Assembly (NCBI GenBank): GCA_963758635.1
Contig: CAVWWD010000006.1
Coordinates: forward strand, 128,001-192,000
Source of the DNA: an uncultured Candidatus Rokubacteria bacterium
Lineage (GTDB): Bacteria; Methylomirabilota; Methylomirabilia; Rokubacteriales; CSP1-6
Direction: 5' to 3'
DNA: 64,000 nt
Position 1 is the first letter of the stretch, and each line of letters opens with the position of its first letter. Of this stretch, positions 58,432 through 64,000 are shown piece by piece. The notes under the pieces are model-generated. The model was given only the letters and a program-made list of their open reading frames with translations, did no database searches and had not been told where the DNA came from. The position numbers and the translations under genes were made by a program.

Positions 58432-59295
58432 TCAGCGGCTCGCGCGCTCGAGCGCGCGGGTGAGGGTTCGACGGGTCAGCACGCGCACGAGGTGGCGGCG
58501 GAAGTCCGCCGAGCCGCGCTGGTCGCTGATCGGCTGCGCCGCGCCCACGGCCAGCTCGGCCGCCTGCTCGATCGCCGCCGGGGTCAGCGCCTGTCCCTCG
58601 AGCGCCTGCTCGGCGGCGGTGGCCCGGACCGGCGTGGGCGCCACCGCGGCCAGCGAGATGCGGGCCTTCGTGCACTTGCCGTTCTGCAGCGTGACCTGGG
58701 AGGCGACGCCCACGACGGCGATGTCCAGCTCGCGCCGCGGCGTGTGGCGGATGTAGCTGCCGCCGCTCCGCGGGCCCGGGGCGGGCACGAACAGCTCCAC
58801 GAGGAGCTCCTCCGGCGCGAGCACGGTCCGGCGCACGCCGGTGAAGAAGGACGCGATCGGCACCCGGCGCTGGCCCTTCGGCCCGGTGATCACGGCCTCC
58901 GCGTCCAGCGAGAGGAGCGGCGGCGCCATGTCCGCCGACGGCGCGGCGTTGCAGAGGTTGCCGCCGAGCGTGGCCAGGTTGCGCACCTGGATCGAGCCGA
59001 CCAGCGCTCCGCTCTCGGCGATGGCCGTGTAGCCCGACTGCACGCGGGCGTCGCGCTCGAGCTGGCGCGCGGTCACGGCGGCGCCGATCCGGAGCCCCTT
59101 CGCGTCGGCCTCGATCGCGCGCAGCGCCGCGATGCCCGAGAGGTCCACGACGAGCTGGGGCTTGGTCACGCCGTTCTTCATCTGGGGAAGCAGGTCGGTG
59201 CCGCCGGCCACCACCTTGGCGCCGGCGCCGCCGGCCGCCAGGGCCTTGACGCACTCGTCCACGCTGCGAGGAAGCGACATTTCGAACCGACGCAC
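58432..59295 (-). CDS. XDH-family FAD-binding subunit
   Basis: AGGTDLL, QVRNLATLGGNLCNAAPSAD, PISDQRGSA. Confidence 0.93.
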   Translation of the reverse strand: MRRFEMSLPRSVDECVKALAAGGAGAKVVAGGTDLLPQMKNGVTKPQLVVDLSGIAALRAIEADAKGLRIGAAVTARQLERDARVQSGYTAIAESGALVGSIQVRNLATLGGNLCNAAPSADMAPPLLSLDAEAVITGPKGQRRVPIASFFTGVRRTVLAPEELLVELFVPAPGPRSGGSYIRHTPRRELDIAVVGVASQVTLQNGKCTKARISLAAVAPTPVRATAAEQALEGQALTPAAIEQAAELAVGAAQPISDQRGSADFRRHLVRVLTRRTLTRALERASR

Positions 59296-59442
59296 GTGAG
59301 ACCTCCAGGAGGGACAGAGTCGTAACGGGTTACGGGGATGGAGGATACTCTGCCCGGCGAGACATAGTCAACGACCCGCGACCGCGCGCAAGACGGCCGG
59401 TCACGATGATGGACGATCGCGCGCGCGGCGCGGCGCCCGCGG

Positions 59443-59775
59443 CTACCGGCCCGGCGCGGCGTCCGGCACGATCTCCACGACGAGCCCGTCGCCCCAGCCG
59501 TATTTCGCCTCCGAACGCGCGCGCACGTCGGCGGCAAGCTCGGGCTCGACGACCGCGTCCACGACGCGAGCCTGCGCGGGAAGCTCCACGTCGCTCACCC
59601 GGACCCGCACCGCGGGCCGGGCGCGGAGGTTCTTCACCCAGCCGGCCTCCTCGCCGTGCTCGGCGACCAGGTAGTAGCGCTCGCCGCGGCGCGTGAACCA
59701 GATCTCGATCTCCCGCGGCAGGCCGCTCCGGCGTCCAGTCGTCGTGAGGTAGAGGTACTGGGGCTCGCCGGTCAC
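59443..59775 (-). CDS. Deazaflavin-dependent nitroreductase-like protein
   Basis: LTTTGRRSGLPR.IEIWF, WVKNLRARP. Confidence 0.8.
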   Translation of the reverse strand: MTGEPQYLYLTTTGRRSGLPREIEIWFTRRGERYYLVAEHGEEAGWVKNLRARPAVRVRVSDVELPAQARVVDAVVEPELAADVRARSEAKYGWGDGLVVEIVPDAAPGR

Positions 59776-59922
59776 GGCCGTTCACCCACCGCCCGCGACA
59801 CAGGGCGGCCGCGGCTGACACCGGCTGTCAGCGCGGCAACCGTCGACGCCTCGGAGGTTGGTGATTTCATTGCTGTCGGATCTGGTAAGGCTCTTGCTGT
59901 TCGTCCTCGTGGGGAGAACACC

Positions 59923-60976
59923 ATGACGAGCCTGGTGATGGCCACGATCGCGATCCTCGCATCGGCCCATGGGGTGGCAGCCCAGCCGGGGGTGGCAGCC
60001 CAGCCGCCGGCGACCCGCTCCTACGAGATCCGCGGGCACGGTTCGCTCGAGATCGACGTGCCCGCGGCCTGGAAGGACTCGGTCACGCAGCCTCCGGGCG
60101 GGCGTCCCCCGAACATCTCGGTGGTGGCCGGAGGCGCCGACGACCTGCTGGTCACGGTCACCCCCGTGTGGGATCCCCGGGGCGATCGCAGCTTCACGTC
60201 GCCCGAGACGCTCCGTCGCATCGTCGAGGAGAGCGGACAGCACCTCCTGCCCAGGTCCGAGGAGAAAGCGCTCGTGCTCGAGCCGATCTCCGGGCCGAGC
60301 GCGCGCGGGTTCCGCTTCACGCTGTCCGACACGAGCGTCACGCGGCACCGCCGGCAACTATCCCTACATCACGCAGGGCGCGGTCGCCACGGGCGAGCTC
60401 CTGGTGGTCTTCTCCATCTTCCACCGCACGAAGGCGGGCCCCGAGCGCGAGGCCGCCCTCGCGATGATGGCCACCGCCCGCCAGCAGAGCGGCCCGGCGG
60501 CGGCGGCGCCCGCGCGATCCGGCCGCACCGCGCTCTCGCTGCCCGGCTACCAGTGGGCAGGGGCGCTCGACCTCTCGGGCTTCACGGTGACCGGGGACGA
60601 GATCAGCACCGAGCGGGGCACCCGGATGGTGTCGGCGGAGAGCGCCGACCGCACCGTGCACCTCTCGCTGTTCCTCGAGAAGGTGCCCGCGGCGGCCAGC
60701 GCGCGCGGCTGTCGCACGCGCTACCAGGAGCGCCTGGCCCGGAGCCCGATCATGAGGGACGTGCGCGTGCAGTCCTCCGAGACCGACGCCCTGGCCTTCG
60801 CCGAGTACATGATCGAGCGGTACGACGGCGCCACGATCAACCAGAAGCACGTGAACACCTACCTCGCCCACGAGGACGTGTGCGTGGACCTGCACCTGTC
60901 GAAGGTCCGGTTCACCTCGGGCGATCATCGGCTCTTCGTGCCCGTGGTGCGAAGCCTCGGCATCGAGCCGCGCTGA
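59923..60976 (+). CDS. Exported hypothetical protein (frameshift ~60345)
   Basis: GGGGAG RBS, signal peptide, continues in ORF 59969-60976; 18-bp tandem duplication (GVAAQP x2). Confidence 0.6.
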
Positions 60977-60977
60977 C

Positions 60978-61392
60978 ATGCGCCGCGCCGCCGTCGTCTC
61001 CGCGCGTCCTGGCCGTGCTCGCCGTCGTCGCTTCCTCGAGCCCGGCGCAGACGCTCGATCCCGCGTCCGCGGACGCGCTCGCCCAGACCCTTCGGATGCT
61101 CCTCGATCCCGGCGCCCGGGCCGGCGCCATCGCCGGCTCCCCGGGCGCCGCCGAGCAGGACCGCGCGCTGCAGCGGCTCGCCGCCTCGCCCGAGCTGACG
61201 CAGGAGGTGTACGCGCTGGCCGGGGAGGTGTTCGCCGACCTCACCCGAGGCACGGGCGGCGACGTGACGGCGATGCTGGCCGCGCTCGAGCGCGGGCGGT
61301 CGGACCCGGCGGGCTTCGCGGCCATACTGAGCCCGCAGACGCTCGCCCATTTACGCGCGCTGGCGTCCCGGCTGGCCGACGCTCGGCAGTGA
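60978..61392 (+). CDS. Exported hypothetical protein (frameshift near 5' end)
   Basis: ATG at 60978; hydrophobic signal and helical body in the adjacent frame ending 61392. Confidence 0.5.
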
Positions 61393-61453
61393 GAAGCTCA
61401 AGCAACGCCACGACTTCGCGTGGCTTGAGGAACGCGCAGCGGAGCCTCGCCAC
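61390..61453 (-). pseudogene. hicA: Truncated HicA toxin (N-terminal ~21 codons)
   Basis: LKPREVVALLE directly after hicB; the GSH motif is missing. Confidence 0.6.
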
Positions 61454-61662
61454 TACGCGACCTGGATCCTCTGGCCCCTGACGAATTCGGATTCGAGCTT
61501 CGGCTCGCCATCCTCGAGAAGCATGCCAAGGACCTCATCGAGGTTGCGCCTTAGCTCGTCCAGGGTTCCCCCCTGGCTGTGCGCACCAGGCCAGCCGGGT
61601 ACGTATCCAACGTACAGATTCGTATCCGGGTCGCGTTCGATCACGATGTTGAAGGTCCGCAT
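61453..61662 (-). CDS. hicB: HicB-family antitoxin (short form)
   Basis: IVIERD..YVGYVPGWPGAHSQGGTLDELRRNL.E; GAGGAGG RBS. Confidence 0.88.
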   Translation of the reverse strand: MRTFNIVIERDPDTNLYVGYVPGWPGAHSQGGTLDELRRNLDEVLGMLLEDGEPKLESEFVRGQRIQVA

Positions 61663-61703
61663 GCGCTCATCCTCCTCTTGTCTGCACCGACGAAGCAGAC
61701 GCT

Positions 61704-62484
61704 TCAACGTCTGTCGGGCGAACGCCCGCTCTCGACCGCCCCCTCCAGGATCCCGCCCAAGTCGACCTGCAACTGCGCTTGGTGAGCGCACAACCACTGC
61801 TTCGCCTTCTCCGTCTCCCGGCACAGGCTCTGCACCGTCAGCCAGAACTTCGCCGAGTGGTCCGGAACCGCGAGATGAACCGCCTCGTGCGTCACGAGGT
61901 AGCGGAGCACGAAGTCCGGCGCGAGGATGAGCCGCCAGTTGAACGACAGGTTCCTGCGCGCCGAGCAGTTGCCCCACTTGGTGCGCTGGCCCATCACGTA
62001 GACCCGCTGCGGGCGCTGGCCGAGGCGAGCCGTGATCGACTGCCAGGTGGCTCTCGATCCTCGCGGGCCTCCTGCCGCAGCCAGTTCTCGAGGCTGCGCG
62101 CAACCGGGGTTCGCGACCGCGGCCCCGCGCGACACGACGATCTCGCCATCGACTAAGCGGACCAGCGTTGCCTGCGCGCGCGCGCTGGTCGTCTCGATCC
62201 GAACCGCGTCGGCTCTCCCCGAAAGAGAATCTCGCCGACCGCGCGCTGCGGGCACGCCGCACGCTGCGTAGCCGCTCCGCGCGCTCGAGCTGATCGAGGA
62301 TCCAGCGCCCGTTGCGGTCAGGAACGCCGACACGTCCTCGCCGTTGCGCGACGGTCGGCTGCACGACCTCGACGCCGTTCGGACCCACCCGGACGCGCAG
62401 CTTGCGGGCGGCCTTCGAGCGGACACGCGGTAGTCGACTCGGCGGCCGCCGAGCCGGATCTGGTGCTGGGTCGCAGACCTTCAT
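61704..62484 (-). CDS. M48/YgjP (DUF45) metallopeptidase, multiply frameshifted
   Basis: QRTKWGNCS, LSFNWRL, YLVTHEAVHL..DHSAKFW. Confidence 0.82.
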
Positions 62485-62488
62485 GGCG

Positions 62489-64000
62489 TCAGCTCGTCCC
62501 ATCCGCCTTCGCGAGTTCGCTCACCGCCGGCTTCAGGAACGGCGGGTCCTCGGCATCCGCGGTCGAAGCCGAGCTGCGCGTACGGCGGATTCCACGACTC
62601 CGCCAGCAGCGATTGCTCGACGCGCATCCGGCCGCCGATCGAGTTGCTCCAGCCCGGCGCAAGAAGCTGGTTCGTTGCGCAGGTGCGCGACCATCCGCCG
62701 CGCGCAGTCGGCGACGATAGGTCTCGTCGGCGGCGGGAGCATGGGCGCGCAGGATCGTGAACAGCCCGTACTCGCCGGGCTGCGTCAGGCCGAGGCGTCC
62801 GGCTCCTGCTTCGTCGCGGCGAGCTCGGCCGCGATCTCCTGCAGCTCCCGCAGGCGCTTCGCCGCCGCTTCGTCGCTCGCGTCCTTGCGCTCCTTGACCC
62901 GCTGCAGCCGCTCGCCGAGCTGGCGGTAGATGAAGCTCGGGTCGTCTTCGGCAGTTCGCCGGTGAGGATCGGCCTCCAGCGCCGCCGCCTTGTCCGCGGG
63001 CGTCGGCAGTTCGTCGAGCTTGGTGACGTAGTCCTTGTCGATCTTGAAGACCGGCAGCGACTCCGCGATGTCGACGAACGTCGTGTTCTCCTGGATCAGC
63101 TGCCGCGTCTTGGCCGACAGCTCGCCGTAGGTGTCCTTGCTGCCGCGTTGCCGCCGCCGGTGGGCGACGTAGATGCCGCAGAGCCAGTTGTACTGGTAAC
63201 GGTGCGGGTACAGGCAGGGATCGGGCGCCACCGCTTCCCACAGCCGTTCGAGGCTCCTGAAGTTGTGCTCGAAGTTCTTGGCCGCCTCCGGGTCGCGCAG
63301 GCGCCGCAAGCGCCGCGAGCAGGCATTCGCGCGTGTCGGCGATCGTGATGCCCTCGAAGAGCTCCATGCACCGCGCGACCTCGCCCGGCACCGTCGCCCT
63401 CAGCGCGTCCCAGTCGATCAGCGACTCCTCGCGGATGCTCTCGTCGAAGTTGAGCGCCTTCTCCAGGTTGTTGAACACGCCGAAGTAGTCCACCACGACG
63501 CCGGTGCGCTTCTTCATCGCGGCAGCGGCCGGTTGGTGCGCGCGATGGCCTGCAGCAGGTTGTGGTCGCGCAGCGGCTTGTCGAGGTACATCACCTGCTC
63601 GACCGGCGCGTCGAATCCGGTGAGCAGGCGGTCGCAGACGATCAGGATCTTCAGCGGCGGCCGCCACTTGCTGCGGTCCTCGCCGTGCCGCTCGCGGTTC
63701 CAGGCCTCCCACTCCGCCGGCGTGAGCTTGAAGTAGTCGATCAGCTCGTCCTGCTTCTCCTTCGCGTACTCGAAGCGCTCGACCTCGGGCTCGCTGTTCT
63801 GGGCCGCGGAGATGATCACGTCCGACCATTCGGGCGGCAGGCCGCGCGCCTGCGAGCTTCGCGTCGAGCGCGTCCTTGTAGAGCGCGCAGGCCTTGCGGT
63901 CGACGGCGACGAGCTGCGCCTTGAAGCCGTTCGGGTCGGGGTGCTCCAGGAAGTGGCTCAGCATCCTCTCGAGCACGATCTCGATGCGGTCCGGATGGCG
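62489..64000 (-). CDS. hsdR: Type I restriction endonuclease subunit R, C-terminal part, multiply frameshifted
   Basis: KAQLVAVDR, ILIVCDRLLTGFDAP, MYLDKPLRDHNLLQAIARTNR, GVVVDYFG across frames. Confidence 0.87.
   Translation of the reverse strand, partial: RHPDRIEIVLERMLSHFLEHPDPNGFKAQLVAVDRKACALYKDALDAKLAGARPAARMVGRDHLRGPEQRARGRALRVREGEAGRADRLLQAHAGGVGGLEPRAARRGPQQVAAAAEDPDRLRPPAHRIRRAGRAGDVPRQAAARPQPAAGHRAHQPAAAAMKKRTGVVVDYFGVFNNLEKALNFDESIREESLIDWDALRATVPGEVARCMELFEGITIADTRECLLAALAAPARPGGGQELRAQLQEPRTAVGSGGARSLPVPAPLPVQLALRHLRRPPAAATRQQGHLRRAVGQDAAADPGEHDVRRHRGVAAGLQDRQGLRHQARRTADARGQGGGAGGRSSPANCRRRPELHLPPARRAAAAGQGAQGRERRSGGEAPAGAAGDRGRARRDEAGAGRLGLTQPGEYGLFTILRAHAPAADETYRRRLRAADGRAPAQRTSFLRRAGATRSAAGCASSNRCWRSRGIRRTRSSASTADAEDPPFLKPAVSELAKADGTS

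Noticed and set aside
13291..64000. Widespread pseudogenisation or programmed frameshifting (tagH, tssL, peptidase, LLM, xdh, M48, hsdR)
   Set aside because: Indels are scattered through unrelated genes with otherwise intact motifs and increase toward the window end. This fits a low-coverage long-read consensus better; it needs read-level confirmation.

Overview
Very GC-rich bacterial DNA. The gene content (many LLM/amidohydrolase/XDH-family genes, a UGSC selenoprotein, a stand-alone NRPS didomain) is suggestive of Ca. Rokubacteria/Methylomirabilota, but that is inference only. Scattered 1-bp frameshifts, densest near the 3' end, look like long-read consensus errors. Bases 1-23.3 kb hold a Pseudomonas H1-like type VI secretion cluster: tssA'-B-C-hcp-tagJ-E-F-G-clpV on +, tssJ-K-L-M-tagF on -, and tagH/FHA on +. 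No vgrG, PAAR, ppkA or pppA lies inside the window. A hypothetical gene plus a 500-aa NPPY methyltransferase sit in the middle of the cluster. The T6SS intergenic gaps carry three kinds of small repeat: a 77-nt element present three times and always co-oriented with transcription, a 99-bp MITE with a 4-bp target duplication inserted into a REP hairpin, and a 125-bp palindrome. TssM has an 11-residue tandem coiled-coil insertion. The rest of the window has metabolic genes, an HTTM gene bracketed by a ~100-bp direct repeat, a UGA-readthrough UGSC selenoprotein with a SECIS-like hairpin fused to a large partner domain, an A-PCP didomain, a mixed tungstate/molybdate uptake and moaC region with a palindromic operator, vapBC, an XDH-family operon, and the edge of a type I restriction island (hsdR, M48 peptidase, hicB, truncated hicA).
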